From: a virus
Taxonomy: Duplodnaviria > Caudoviricetes
Reading direction: 5' to 3' (one strand)
DNA length: 64,000 nucleotides
Virus record (IMG/VR): IMGVR_UViG_3300028833_000066
Of the stretch, positions 37,438 through 47,973 are shown piece by piece. Positions within the stretch are counted from its first letter, which is position 1. Every line of letters begins with the position of its first letter. The notes below the pieces were generated by a model that saw only the letters and a list, made by a program, of their open reading frames with translations, was not told the DNA's origin and did not search any database. Made by a program: the position numbers and the translations under genes.

Positions 37438-38564
37438 TACCTTACCTTTACTCTATTCTTTAATAAATATTCATATATATCTCGGCCCTTATCAAACGGA
37501 GAATCTTTCTCCTCTAATAAATTTTCATAATCCCATATATATGAAAATGATGCTTGCGTGTTATATTTCTTACAAATTTCTTCTAACTTGCGGCGATAAG
37601 CCTTACCTTTTTCATCATAGCTTTCTGTATATTCTTTATCAAGAGCGATAATAATTTCATTTACTCCTAATTGATTTGTTAATAAACTAATATGATATTT
37701 ATTTATATTGGAGCCACAACACGCAACACAATTGCTCCATTCACCATAATAACCATCATCTAATAATACAGATTTTTCTGCTTCCGCAATGACGGCTACT
37801 CGCCGCTTCTTTATCGCTTCTTTATGTTCATAAATACCATATAAGTTAAATTGAAGCTGATGAGAGTACATTGTTTTACCAATTTGAACTGGACGATATT
37901 TACCATAATTATCTATTTCAGCTTGTTCTAGAGCTCGGCCGCGAATACCAATTAATCGTCCATTTATATCATAATGGGGGATAATAATTTTATTTTGTCC
38001 AATTGAGAAACGAATATTGAACTTATCCATAGCTTGCGGCAAAATACCATCTGCCAGCCAGCTGGGATGATAATACTTTGTAAAATAATTAATTGTTTCC
38101 GCTGGATACTCTGGCAGCTCTGGAATATTATTTGTATATTTATATTTATCTAAATCTAATGTATATTCGCTTTCATCATAATCAATATGGACTATATCAT
38201 GTTTAATACACGATAATACATATTCTTTTGCCTCTATATCATTTACTTCTCTATTAAAGTTCAACGCACAGAACTTTTGATAGAGCCTAAAGATGGACAT
38301 TGCTTCATTACACTCAGTATAACATCTAAAAATCTTATGATCGTGATACCAATACAACTTCATACTTGCGGTTTCGTGTAATGGATTATGACAAATAGTT
38401 GGACAAATAATATATTCACGTTCTTGATTAACAACAATTTGATCTACACCTAGACTTGTTAAAAAATACTCTACATCTTTTAATGTAAGAGAATTAATAA
38501 TATCATATGTAGTTAGATTTATTTTATCTAATTCTGTATCCAAATTGCGTAATGTTGTAATCAT
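37437..38564 (-). CDS. DNA primase (Zn finger + Toprim)
   Basis: CPTICHN..CYTEC, IPHYDINGRLIGIRGR, AEAEKS, IIALDKE. Lies between the helicase and RecJ genes. Confidence 0.85.
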   Translation of the reverse strand: MITTLRNLDTELDKINLTTYDIINSLTLKDVEYFLTSLGVDQIVVNQEREYIICPTICHNPLHETASMKLYWYHDHKIFRCYTECNEAMSIFRLYQKFCALNFNREVNDIEAKEYVLSCIKHDIVHIDYDESEYTLDLDKYKYTNNIPELPEYPAETINYFTKYYHPSWLADGILPQAMDKFNIRFSIGQNKIIIPHYDINGRLIGIRGRALEQAEIDNYGKYRPVQIGKTMYSHQLQFNLYGIYEHKEAIKKRRVAVIAEAEKSVLLDDGYYGEWSNCVACCGSNINKYHISLLTNQLGVNEIIIALDKEYTESYDEKGKAYRRKLEEICKKYNTQASFSYIWDYENLLEEKDSPFDKGRDIYEYLLKNRVKVR

Positions 38565-40163
38565 TTATTTTCCCCGCCAATCTTCTACTTTAATAAATTT
38601 ACAATCTTCAAATATATCAATTACGTTCATTAACGGCTGATTATCTGCGGTTGTAATAAATAAATCTTTTCTTTGTCCAGTTCCCAAATTAAGATTAATC
38701 CAAATACGAACATTCTTATAACGGCCACGTCGCATTTTATAAATATCAAGAATATGAGTTGGCTGTTGAGTTTCATCATCTATATATTCTGCTGGAATAA
38801 GTCCTTGACGTGCAGCAACTTTTAAAGTTGGAACTAAACTATTCCAAGTTTTTGGGCCGATTTTAGTCATTACATATCCCATATCTGCCTTATCAACAAT
38901 AGCTTTGGATGCACGAATACTCATTTCGTTTTTAAAACTACCATCATCATCCATCGCATTCATGTTTACCTGAGTTGCAGAAAAAATAAAAAGATGATAA
39001 TCCTTTGCAAGTTGTTTTAATTCATTTGCTAATAGCATTAGTACCACGTCTTCTCTTAAATTATTATGTGCGAATTGACTAATCATACTTGCAGTAGAAT
39101 GAATATAATCAAAGAATACATATTTTACATGTTCCAGCGTTGCATATTTTTTAATTGTTGCTTGCACATTAACCAAGTTTGGTTCACTTATCTCTTCAAT
39201 GATAAAATATTCACGATACTTATTAATAATTTTTGCCGCGTATCGTACTCTTCTTTCTTCATCCCATTCATATCTACCAGTGAGAATATGATCTTCATTT
39301 ACGCCAGATAAATATGCCAACATAATTGTTTGAAGTTCTTCCTTATCCATCTCGGTTACGATGAATAATGTCTTTCGCGGCTGTCTAAACTCGCCATTAT
39401 AATCTACTTCTTCAACAAAACATTCATCTTCAACAGACCATCGTTCTGGAAATGCGATATGACATGCATCAAATACTGATGTTCTCGTTTTACCAGAACC
39501 ACTTGAACTTGACTTCAAATAAAAGCATCCTTCACGAGCTCCGCGGCAAACAGTACTAAAAATTGAACCCTCCAAACTGGGTCCAATACTGGGACTTGTT
39601 TTTAATTCATCAATTAATTCTGCCAATCCTTCTGCTGGGTCTCCTTTTAAATGCCCGCCATTAAGATAATCATTCCTAATGACATTATATTTACTTTCAA
39701 TTGTGTTTAAAATATCTTCCAAACTTGATTCATCAAAATGCTGCTGAACTTCAATTTCTTGAATAGGATTTTGTATATCCTTATCCTCTAAATAATACTC
39801 ACTAATATCATATTTTTCTTCACGAAGCCGCCGCAATAATGAATATTTTTTTAGATTATTATATGATGATTGAAAATTACCAGGCTGAGCATTTTCATAA
39901 CTCTCTTTAAGGAACTCTAATCCATGCTCTTTCTGATATGTAATATAACTTGCGCTATGCTTCTCCATTTCCATATCTACATCCATTGGAGTAAGCACTT
40001 GTGCGCCAGACTCATACAATAACTTAATAATCGCAAAACTGTATCTTGCGCATTTCACATCAAAATCTCGTGCATTAATATCAGTATATTCTAATAGTAG
40101 AGATGGATTTAGCATCAAACAGCCTATTACATTTTGATATGCTCTTTTATCTGATAAAACCAA
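38565..40163 (-). CDS. Replicative DnaB-like helicase
   Basis: SSSGSGKTR Walker A, VTEM, VFFDYIH, SATQVN, KMRRGRY. Confidence 0.88.
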   Translation of the reverse strand: MVLSDKRAYQNVIGCLMLNPSLLLEYTDINARDFDVKCARYSFAIIKLLYESGAQVLTPMDVDMEMEKHSASYITYQKEHGLEFLKESYENAQPGNFQSSYNNLKKYSLLRRLREEKYDISEYYLEDKDIQNPIQEIEVQQHFDESSLEDILNTIESKYNVIRNDYLNGGHLKGDPAEGLAELIDELKTSPSIGPSLEGSIFSTVCRGAREGCFYLKSSSSGSGKTRTSVFDACHIAFPERWSVEDECFVEEVDYNGEFRQPRKTLFIVTEMDKEELQTIMLAYLSGVNEDHILTGRYEWDEERRVRYAAKIINKYREYFIIEEISEPNLVNVQATIKKYATLEHVKYVFFDYIHSTASMISQFAHNNLREDVVLMLLANELKQLAKDYHLFIFSATQVNMNAMDDDGSFKNEMSIRASKAIVDKADMGYVMTKIGPKTWNSLVPTLKVAARQGLIPAEYIDDETQQPTHILDIYKMRRGRYKNVRIWINLNLGTGQRKDLFITTADNQPLMNVIDIFEDCKFIKVEDWRGK

Positions 40164-40176
40164 TTATACCACCGCC

Positions 40177-40665
40177 TTAATCTTCTAGCCATTCATCAAG
40201 ATTAATAGCGTTTTTATTTTCTTTTTTATTTTCTTTTATCGGCACTACATATTTTTGAATTTTTTGGCTCATAGCATCAATAATCTTTTGTGCATTATAT
40301 TCTTCCGCTGATTTATATCTTTTCATTTTTTCTACTGTCATTGGATTTACTAAACAAAGAGATTCTGCTATTTTCTTTTTATGCTCTACATTATAAATAT
40401 AATCTAAACAATCTACAATTATATCATCTGTGTATCCATATTTTTCTTGTAGCCGCTTACGTTCAGTCCAAATGCGCGGTCCTGGTGCTTTTAATCCAAA
40501 AATATTACATACTTTATAACTAAAACGTTCTCGTGCTTGCTTTTCAGCTAAACATTTTGGACAATAATTATAGCCAGTATTTGCAGTTGGAGAGGCATAA
40601 TACACCAACTCTTCGTTTCTAAACTCTTGCTTACACCCGAAGCATTTCTTTGTAAGTTTTGCCAT
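40177..40665 (-). CDS. Zn-binding replication protein (possible helicase loader)
   Basis: CFGC..CPKC motifs; directly upstream of the helicase, as in SPbeta-type yor clusters. Confidence 0.5.
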   Translation of the reverse strand: MAKLTKKCFGCKQEFRNEELVYYASPTANTGYNYCPKCLAEKQARERFSYKVCNIFGLKAPGPRIWTERKRLQEKYGYTDDIIVDCLDYIYNVEHKKKIAESLCLVNPMTVEKMKRYKSAEEYNAQKIIDAMSQKIQKYVVPIKENKKENKNAINLDEWLED

Positions 40666-40695
40666 ATAAACATCTCCTTCTAATAGTCTATAATT

Positions 40696-40746
40696 ATTAT
40701 ATCATAATTTTGAAAAATTGTCAAATAAAAAGGCCCTTACGGGCCT
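40696..40746 (-). promoter_or_regulatory. Terminator followed by a sigma-A promoter
   Basis: AGGCCC hairpin with T run on the minus strand, then TTGACA-N17-TATAAT (40724-40696). Confidence 0.7.
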
Positions 40747-40751
40747 AGTTT

Positions 40752-41747
40752 TTATAACAAGTCTTTCATTTCTGAGATGAAGAGTTCTAACAAGTCTGCT
40801 TGTGAAGGCACTGCCTGACTTAACTTGAAGTCTTCTGTACCGAACACTTTGCGAATAATATCACGCATAATATTAAGATGCTGATCTTTTTCTTCATCAG
40901 TAGTAGTATTATTAAGATATGTCATCCAAATATTTTTAGCTTCATCCATAATTTCTGGGAAGGGACGGTCTTTAATCTGAGCAATTTCTGTATGGTCTGT
41001 TACCTGTGCTCCATCACGCTCAACTGCCATATCAATGGCATTGCCAATTGCATCTACGAGTTCTTGATAACCAAACTTTATTTTTGGTGCAAGATACTGA
41101 TAACGGCTACCAGCAAATACTGTAGGAGTTGAACGTGTATATAGGAATCGTTCAGAAGTACCATCGTTATTCATTTGAACCTGAAGATAACCAATAATAT
41201 CAACGATAGAGTTGATAATTGTATAACACTGATTGGGAAGATCAGGTGCGACCGCGGTAATGGTATTACCATCTTCATCTTGCATTTCTGTAGGCTTTTC
41301 TTTACTATGAGCGATAAAGAGGATACCAAATCCAAGAAGAGTAATTTCACGCCAACACTCAGCAAACTCATTACGAAGCATACCCCAACCTTGTCCCCAA
41401 GGTATTTCACGGATACTTTCGACGCCCTCTCGCTGGCAAACATACTTTTCACATAGCTGCCAAGCAATAGAGGCAGTATCAACTACAATTGTATCATACA
41501 TTTCACGAGCCTGCGGCTTACGTAACTGGGAAAGAACCTTCTTAAAATCTGACCACCGCAAGATCGGCACACTACGGATACCAGCTAATGCATTAGTGCC
41601 TTGTTCAAAATTTAGGAACAGCCCACGCGGCAATTGACTACCAAATGTAGACTTACCAGTTTTAGGCTGGCCATAAATGAGAATATATTTACCCTTTAAG
41701 TCACGAGAAATCTTAGATGGTTCAAGAGAAAAAATATCTAAATCCAT
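40752..41747 (-). CDS. AAA ATPase / Sak4-like recombination protein
   Basis: YGQPKTGKST, IVVDTAS, FIAH, DIIGY, AGSR motifs; next to the SSB gene. Confidence 0.8.
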   Translation of the reverse strand: MDLDIFSLEPSKISRDLKGKYILIYGQPKTGKSTFGSQLPRGLFLNFEQGTNALAGIRSVPILRWSDFKKVLSQLRKPQAREMYDTIVVDTASIAWQLCEKYVCQREGVESIREIPWGQGWGMLRNEFAECWREITLLGFGILFIAHSKEKPTEMQDEDGNTITAVAPDLPNQCYTIINSIVDIIGYLQVQMNNDGTSERFLYTRSTPTVFAGSRYQYLAPKIKFGYQELVDAIGNAIDMAVERDGAQVTDHTEIAQIKDRPFPEIMDEAKNIWMTYLNNTTTDEEKDQHLNIMRDIIRKVFGTEDFKLSQAVPSQADLLELFISEMKDLL

Positions 41748-41781
41748 AAATCATCACACTCCTCTTAAAGTATAGTTAGGA

Positions 41782-42672
41782 TTACTCCCAACTATACTTA
41801 GAAGCGGATGCTGTGGTTGCCGCAGGCTTAGTCTGAGTTGCCTCAGTCTGCATCTGCTCAATTAGAGCCTTACGCACATTGAATGCCTTCTTAATATCAG
41901 TAGGATCATATGCGAACTCTTCCTCATGTCCCTCATCGTCACCCTTGGTGATAATAAGCTCACGGACAAAACGAGTAGTAGTCTCGGGAATATCCTCACC
42001 CCAAGAACTAGTCTTACCGCTGGACTTCTCTTCCTGAGAAGTTACACGAATGCGACCAACGGTGCCAATCGTATCATTGACGTTCCAATTACGGCTAATA
42101 AATTCAACCGCTTCGGGCTGCTCTACAATAAATTCAAGGACATCAAGCTTGCCGCCATACTGAACAATGCCACCCTTAATTACAAGACGACCGGTAGGAT
42201 CGCCTTCACGATCAACCTCATCGTGCATATCCATAATGAAAAGTTCTTCCTGGAAAGTTGCAACATCACTTGCATTAGTAGTTCCAATGAAAGAAGTATT
42301 AATCTGCCAACCATTAATTAGCTGGCCGCTCTTAGATACGAAGTTGTTCTCACGAAGGGTTGCGCCACTTACACGGACTGTATCAGCCTCATCAATGCCT
42401 ACATTCTGCGCGGTCTTCATCTTCTTAAGATTCTGAATCTGCTCATACGCAGGATTTACCTTATTAGTCTTTGTATACTGAGTCGCAAACATACTTAGCG
42501 GAATTTCGCTAATCTCTTCACGTCCACCAAAAGTCTGATTTACACGAACAGTTAGAGATGCACGCTCATACTTGCGACCATCACTAAGAGTTCCGCTACC
42601 TAGCGTAACGTCCATTAGCTTACCGACGATATTTACCTTGTTATTAGCTTCTGTCATAATATTTTTACTCAT
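41782..42672 (-). CDS. Single-stranded DNA-binding protein (OB-fold, YorF-like)
   Basis: NKVNIVGKL OB-type start and a flexible tail ending in W-E; high-expression codon usage; position in the replication cluster. Confidence 0.6.
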   Translation of the reverse strand: MSKNIMTEANNKVNIVGKLMDVTLGSGTLSDGRKYERASLTVRVNQTFGGREEISEIPLSMFATQYTKTNKVNPAYEQIQNLKKMKTAQNVGIDEADTVRVSGATLRENNFVSKSGQLINGWQINTSFIGTTNASDVATFQEELFIMDMHDEVDREGDPTGRLVIKGGIVQYGGKLDVLEFIVEQPEAVEFISRNWNVNDTIGTVGRIRVTSQEEKSSGKTSSWGEDIPETTTRFVRELIITKGDDEGHEEEFAYDPTDIKKAFNVRKALIEQMQTEATQTKPAATTASASKYSWE

Positions 42673-42720
42673 AAACTTTTACCTCTTTCTTTTTAATGTG
42701 TATTTTTTCTTTACAATTTT

Positions 42721-42786
42721 ATTATATTATAAATTTGACAAAAAGTCAAGATATAAAAACGACGGTTCCAATTTAGGAACCGCCGC
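42721..42786 (-). promoter_or_regulatory. Terminator followed by a sigma-A promoter
   Basis: GGCGGTTCC..GGAACCGTC hairpin with T run, then TTGACT-N17-TATAAT (42749-42721). Confidence 0.7.
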
Positions 42787-42798
42787 TTTATTTCAAAA

Positions 42799-43173
42799 TT
42801 ACTCGCCAGCGGCTTCCTTTGCGGCCGTAGCAGCAGCACGAGCAGCAGCACGTTCAGCCTTTGCGGCTTCCTTAGCGGCTAGCTTTTCAGCCTCAGCAGC
42901 AACAGGATCATAAGCTAGACCAGCTTCAGTTAGCGTATGATACTTTACAACCTTGGTTACGGCCTTACGAGTCTCAGTAGCAGGGGTTACCTCAACGGTT
43001 TCCTCACGGGTATTCTCAGCTAGCTTATTCTTAACTAGAGCATTCATAGTGCCGGTTACGGCGGGGATAGAAATGCCTAGAGCCTCAGCAATTTCAGCCT
43101 TGCTAAATTCCTTACCATAATTCTTCTTCAAAAAATTCAATACTAACTCACTATTTGCGGTCATAATTATCAA
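42799..43173 (-). CDS. Winged-HTH DNA-binding protein with Ala/Lys-rich tail
   Basis: FSKAEIAEALGISIPAVTGTMNALVKNKL HTH, then LTEAG, then AAKEAAKAERAAARAAA tail. Confidence 0.7.
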   Translation of the reverse strand: MIIMTANSELVLNFLKKNYGKEFSKAEIAEALGISIPAVTGTMNALVKNKLAENTREETVEVTPATETRKAVTKVVKYHTLTEAGLAYDPVAAEAEKLAAKEAAKAERAAARAAATAAKEAAGE

Positions 43174-43245
43174 TCTCCTTTTATTTATATATATTATATA
43201 ATTTATAAGCGGTAAGGTTTTTCTCCTTTTCCTCTTTATATATTT

Positions 43246-43274
43246 ATTATATCAAAATTTTTTATTTTTGTCAA
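43246..43274 (-). promoter_or_regulatory. Sigma-A promoter
   Basis: TTGACA-N17-TATAAT with extended TG. Confidence 0.75.
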
Positions 43275-44092
43275 ATGCTTGACCAATGAAATTTATAGGC
43301 GGTCCGATTTGGTATATCACATACTTTACTAATATTAGCATTATATGCTTTTGCCGCTCGACCGGTCTCTTTTAGCCATTTTACTGCCGCTGATATTGTT
43401 GGAAAAGTTTTATTTTCTTCAATACAACGAATAGCTAAATTTTTATTATCAATATAATTATCTATATTGAAATTATCATAATCCTAAATCTTACACCAGA
43501 TATACCCGCCAGCCGTCTTTGCTTCGCCATTAACAGCACTCCATAGTTGGGTTCTACCAATATGTACTGCTTCTTGAGCTTCCTTTAATGAAGAAAATTC
43601 TTCAATAATTTCACCTGTATTTCTATCAATTTGATAGACTGGTTGATATTGTCCTTGGCCAGATAAATCATTAGCTTCTAAAATTTTCAATACTGTCTAA
43701 ATTGAGCACCCAAATTGTCGTGCCGTTTCAGAAGCATTCTTCTTACCAGTAGAATTAAAGAATGCTAAGATTTCATTTGAATTAAATTTTTCTACTCCAT
43801 CTCCGCCAAAAGAACAATTATATCCTTTTGGAGTAACACAATCAAAATACTGTATCCAATATTTTTCTCGCTCATTTAAATTATCATTTTCAATCTTTTC
43901 TATTACTTCTATATGGAAATGTTCAAATCCATATTTTCGCATCGAACGATAGAGCGGATAATCGGTATCTAATTTTTCTGGATGATGACCTTTCCATAAA
44001 TGATGTTGCCATCTATACTTTATTTCATTTCGGGTCTATCCAATGTAAATTTTATCATTTACATCATTTACAATTTTATAAATATATCCCAT
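43271..44092 (-). mobile_element. Free-standing GIY-YIG homing endonuclease with NUMOD1-like C-terminal modules (3 TAG)
   Basis: MGYIYKIVNDVNDKIYIG*T..RW..H..LYRSMRKYG..EREKYWI..KGYN, then PVYQID..EEFSSLKEA..KTAGGYIW, then a second NUMOD-like unit. Joins track ORFs 43697 and 43484. Confidence 0.85.
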
Positions 44093-44185
44093 ACTAATCC
44101 CTCCGTGGATTGTAATTATAGGATAGCTTGCCTTCGGAGCGACATTATCTCAAAGAGTAGCTAATTCTTTGTTCCCTATCTTATA
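44093..44185 (-). ncRNA. Candidate structured 5' leader of the homing endonuclease gene
   Basis: Outer stem AUAGG/CCUAU; hairpin CAAAGA-AUUAGCUAC-UCUUUG; hairpin UGUC-GCUCCGAA-GGCA whose loop CUCCG is complementary to the SD-containing CGGAG. Confidence 0.4.
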
Positions 44186-44190
44186 TATAT

Positions 44191-44219
44191 ATTATATCAA
44201 ACTTTATTTTATTTGTCAA
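44191..44219 (-). promoter_or_regulatory. Sigma-A promoter of the homing endonuclease cassette
   Basis: TTGACA-N17-TATAAT; near-identical to the promoter at 43246-43274. Confidence 0.75.
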
Positions 44220-44280
44220 ATATTTATCTTCATCAAATGCTCAATAATTTTTTAGAGCCTCTTTTCCTTTTGACAATTAT

Positions 44281-44308
44281 ATTATAACATAATTTTAAGA
44301 AAAGTCAA
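44281..44308 (-). promoter_or_regulatory. Sigma-A promoter (tandem)
   Basis: TTGACT-N16-TATAAT with extended TG. Confidence 0.6.
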
Positions 44309-44679
44309 ATATTAAACAGTTCGTTTGCTAAAATATTTGCCTCTTCATTTGTTTTGGTTTCATTCATAATGCGTTGTAATTTCGCATTAACATTTGTCTT
44401 ATAACCATTAATAGTATTTCTAATATTAGTGATTTTATCTTCTAGATTATTAATGATAATATAAGTGCCTGTAAGCAATTTAATATAATCATTACGTTCT
44501 AGTACAAATTCTTCGGCACTTAATTTATCAGTGAGGGCGGCAAAATCATCTCGCATAATCTGTGCGGTCTTTTCGCCCTTATCATCATTGTGATTATGGT
44601 CATATTCCATAACCTGCTCAGCGAGTAATTCAACTGCGTGAGCAAGCTCTTTAAATAGGTTCTAATATTCCTTATTCAT
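44305..44679 (-). CDS. Hypothetical coiled-coil protein (1 TAG at codon 6)
   Basis: SD GAGG then MNKEY*NLFKELAH..., in frame with the track ORF starting at 44610. Confidence 0.65.
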
Positions 44680-44688
44680 AACTATTCC

Positions 44689-47064
44689 TCACATAATTTC
44701 AATTGTTGTATTAGAATTGCGAGCATCAATAATTAGTGAGCCGCTAGTCATTCTATTTTGAGTTGGAATTGAGCTAACTTCAATCATTACTGCTTTGTTG
44801 TTTGCGGAAATGAAGAGTCGTTCTTGCGCATCGGGAACAGCATATACTAGCGCAATTACTTCATTTTTGAGAGACATAACTTGATTACCTTTGATGCCTT
44901 TCGAGGTCATTGGGAAGTCTTCTATTGAAGTAATTTTGCCTTTACCATTAGTAGTAATGGAAAGAATACCTTTATAAGTAATACCATTTCTAATAATAGT
45001 TGCTGTTTGAATACTTTCATTTTTATCCAACTTGATGGCGCGGACACCCTTGGTTGTGCGGCCAGTAGCACTAATTTCAGTTAGACCATAGAAGTTATAA
45101 TTACCGCTACTAGACACAATAAACATTCTGTCGCTGTCGTCCATAGATAAATAAGCGCCAATTAGTTTATCACCGTCTTCAAGTTTGACTGCGGAAGTGC
45201 CTTTCTTTGCGCGAACACGATATTCTTCTGTATGGCTTTTCTTAATATATCCATTCTTGCTTACTGTCACTAGATGATGATAAGCATAGAATGAAGTGCC
45301 ATCAATTAGAAGAATAACTTTTTCATTGTCTTGCGGCGTAATCATTTCGTAAATAGAATAATCTTTATTTAGATTTAAATCACTAATTGAGAAATTATAC
45401 ATTCGGCCGCTAGTTGTAAATGCTAATACATTACCAAGATTGGTGGTGTAAAGTGTATTCATAAGATTAGCGTTTTTAGGCGGTTTGATATTTACGCCTT
45501 TACGTCCACGTTTACCACCCTGAAGCTCGTCTTTTTCTACAATTCTAATAATATCATTATCAAACAGCATAATGCCTACTTCTTTTTCTTCTGGAAGTTC
45601 TACTTCCTCATCAGTGGCAATAGTATTTGATAATTGAGTACGTCTAGCATCACCATATTTATTGACGACTTCTTCTAGTGCTTTAATTAGTTCTTCATCC
45701 AGCGCAGATGGGGTATTTAATAAGTGCTGATACTTCTCAATATCTTGTATAAGTTGTGCCTGCTCATTAGTTAATTTTACAATATCTAGCTTTGTTAAAG
45801 ATGAAAGCTTCATTGCTAGAATTGCTTTTGCTTGCTCTTCATTAAATTCATATATAGAAATAAGTTTTTCTGAAGCCTCAGCTGGATTAGAAGAAGCTCT
45901 AATGAGTGCTACAATCTCATCAATAATTGAGTATGCCTTAATTAGACCATCTACAATATTTTTCCGTGCGAGAGCTTTATCCAAATCATATTGAATAATA
46001 TTGCGCTTACACTGTCTAATATGAGCAATATACGCTTCACACGCTGCTCTCCATCCAAATACCTTTGGAAAACGGCCTTGGTCTAGTAGAACCATATTAA
46101 TCGAAAACCAATTTTCAAGAGAAGTGTCTTTATATAACTTCTCCATCATACGATTAGGATTTACTCCTTTCGTAAGATAAATCCTAATGTCTGCTTCCTT
46201 TTTGGTGTGGTCTACTACACGTTCAATTCCATAGTCTGGATGTTCAGAAGTAATTTCAGCGAGTTGATCAATTACTGTATTTGTGAAGACACTGTATGGC
46301 AGTTCGGTTGCTCTAATCATATTCTGGTCTGGAATATATTCGAGATGAGCACGAATACGAGCTGACTCACCTTTTCCAACCCTTAATGATTCCTTAACTG
46401 CGGCCGCATTTGTAATGGTTCCGCCGCATGGGAAGTCCGGAGCACAATAAATTTCATCAAATGTTGCGTCTGGATTCCTAATAAGAGTAACAAGAGCATT
46501 ATTAACTTCTTTTAGATTGAATGTTGGTACGCTTGTTGCTAACGCAACTGCGATACCAGAGCATCCATTTACAATATTCCAAAAGCCAATAGATGGGAAT
46601 ACAGAAGGAATTAATTCGGTATCATCGTAGTTATTATAATACTGGTCTCCAATTGCGTTCTTCTTTAATCCATCAAATAGCACATTACTAATTTCAGCCG
46701 CCTTCATTTCTACATAACGTGCGGCCGCATGACTATCTGGAGATGTAGGATTGCCAAAGTTACCTTGAACTGCCTCAAGAGGATAACGATAAGACCAAGG
46801 ACGTGCAGCACGGATAAAAGTATCATACATTGCGGCATCACCGTGAACGTATGACTGGCTCATTGCGGCGGCTACAGACTTTTGTGCCTTCTGGTATTTA
46901 TCCTTATAAGTTAGCTTATTGCTGTACTGCGCATACAATCCCTGCCGCAAGCCAATTTTTATCATATCGCGCACATCGGGAATAGCTCTTTCCTGCGCTA
47001 CGGATGCGCCATAAGCAAGAAAAGCATCCTCAATTGATTTTTGAAAATCGGTTTCATAAATCAA
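44689..47064 (-). CDS. gyrA: Type IIA topoisomerase subunit A (GyrA/ParC-like)
   Basis: RAIPDVRDMIK, YVHGDAAMY, QGNFG, AAARYVE, NGCSGIAVA, PDFPCGG and C-terminal beta-pinwheel repeats. No TAG. Confidence 0.92.
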   Translation of the reverse strand: MIYETDFQKSIEDAFLAYGASVAQERAIPDVRDMIKIGLRQGLYAQYSNKLTYKDKYQKAQKSVAAAMSQSYVHGDAAMYDTFIRAARPWSYRYPLEAVQGNFGNPTSPDSHAAARYVEMKAAEISNVLFDGLKKNAIGDQYYNNYDDTELIPSVFPSIGFWNIVNGCSGIAVALATSVPTFNLKEVNNALVTLIRNPDATFDEIYCAPDFPCGGTITNAAAVKESLRVGKGESARIRAHLEYIPDQNMIRATELPYSVFTNTVIDQLAEITSEHPDYGIERVVDHTKKEADIRIYLTKGVNPNRMMEKLYKDTSLENWFSINMVLLDQGRFPKVFGWRAACEAYIAHIRQCKRNIIQYDLDKALARKNIVDGLIKAYSIIDEIVALIRASSNPAEASEKLISIYEFNEEQAKAILAMKLSSLTKLDIVKLTNEQAQLIQDIEKYQHLLNTPSALDEELIKALEEVVNKYGDARRTQLSNTIATDEEVELPEEKEVGIMLFDNDIIRIVEKDELQGGKRGRKGVNIKPPKNANLMNTLYTTNLGNVLAFTTSGRMYNFSISDLNLNKDYSIYEMITPQDNEKVILLIDGTSFYAYHHLVTVSKNGYIKKSHTEEYRVRAKKGTSAVKLEDGDKLIGAYLSMDDSDRMFIVSSSGNYNFYGLTEISATGRTTKGVRAIKLDKNESIQTATIIRNGITYKGILSITTNGKGKITSIEDFPMTSKGIKGNQVMSLKNEVIALVYAVPDAQERLFISANNKAVMIEVSSIPTQNRMTSGSLIIDARNSNTTIEIM

Positions 47065-47092
47065 GGCTTATCATCCTCCTTTTTATATATTT

Positions 47093-47121
47093 ATTATATC
47101 ATAAAATTTAATTATTGTCAA
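47093..47121 (-). promoter_or_regulatory. Sigma-A promoter for gyrA
   Basis: TTGACA-N17-TATAAT with extended TG. Confidence 0.75.
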
Positions 47122-47961
47122 TTATTCGTTTAGCCATTGAATATAATATGAGACGAAATCCGCTTTTCCAAAACCAGGTGTAGAAGTATTTCTTGCTGCC
47201 AATCCTTCAAAATCAGCTTCAAGCATAAATCTATCTGCTTGTTCACATAAAGGTTCAACAAAGAAAAATTGTATATTATTTTTCATTTGTTCTTTTACTA
47301 TACTATATTCTTTATCTTTTAAAAATAAATGATGATAATCTTTATATCCTTGTCGATATAAAGCATATTTCCAATTTTCATCTACATATTTCATGGCTTC
47401 AGGCGTAGCATTATACTACCAAATATTAAAATCTTTATGTTTAATGGGTGGTGCTTTTAAAATACGTAAATTATTTGAAATATTTTCTCTTGTCCAAATT
47501 TGAAATACACATCGTACAGAAAAATCTTTACCATTATCTGTAAAACTATTTTCGGGTAAATACATATATGCTTGTAAATTAAAGTTAGAATCTAATTCTT
47601 TATGTACACCCCATTTCATAAATGATACTGGGACTATAAAAGCAATAATTTTACTATATTTTGCTGCATGATTAAAAAATTCAATAGCTAATTTTGATCG
47701 TTTCCCAAAAGGTGGATTGCCAATAGTAATATAATCATTACGAGGTAATTCTAATGTTAAAAAGTCTGCCTACTTAATATTGTCTCCTTCTGGTTTAATA
47801 TCAAAAGCATCATATTTTATCAAAAAGGGCAAAAAATTTCCAGAACCAGCGGAAGGCTCCAAAAAATATTCTTTATCTATTTCTGGATAATATTGTTTGA
47901 GAAAATTATAACATTGATATGCGATAGTTGGCTTTGTGTAAAATTTGTCTAAATTCACCAT
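47122..47961 (-). CDS. Amino (N6-adenine type) DNA methyltransferase, 279 aa (2 TAG)
   Basis: DKFYTK, FLEPSAGSGNF (motif I), K*ADFL, IGNPPFG (motif IV), AFIVP. Joins three track ORFs into one frame. Confidence 0.85.
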
Positions 47962-47973
47962 ATAAAATCACCT

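Noticed and set aside
43271-44092. Homing endonuclease inside a group I intron
   Set aside because: It has its own promoter and SD, the flanking genes are complete, and no split host gene is evident.
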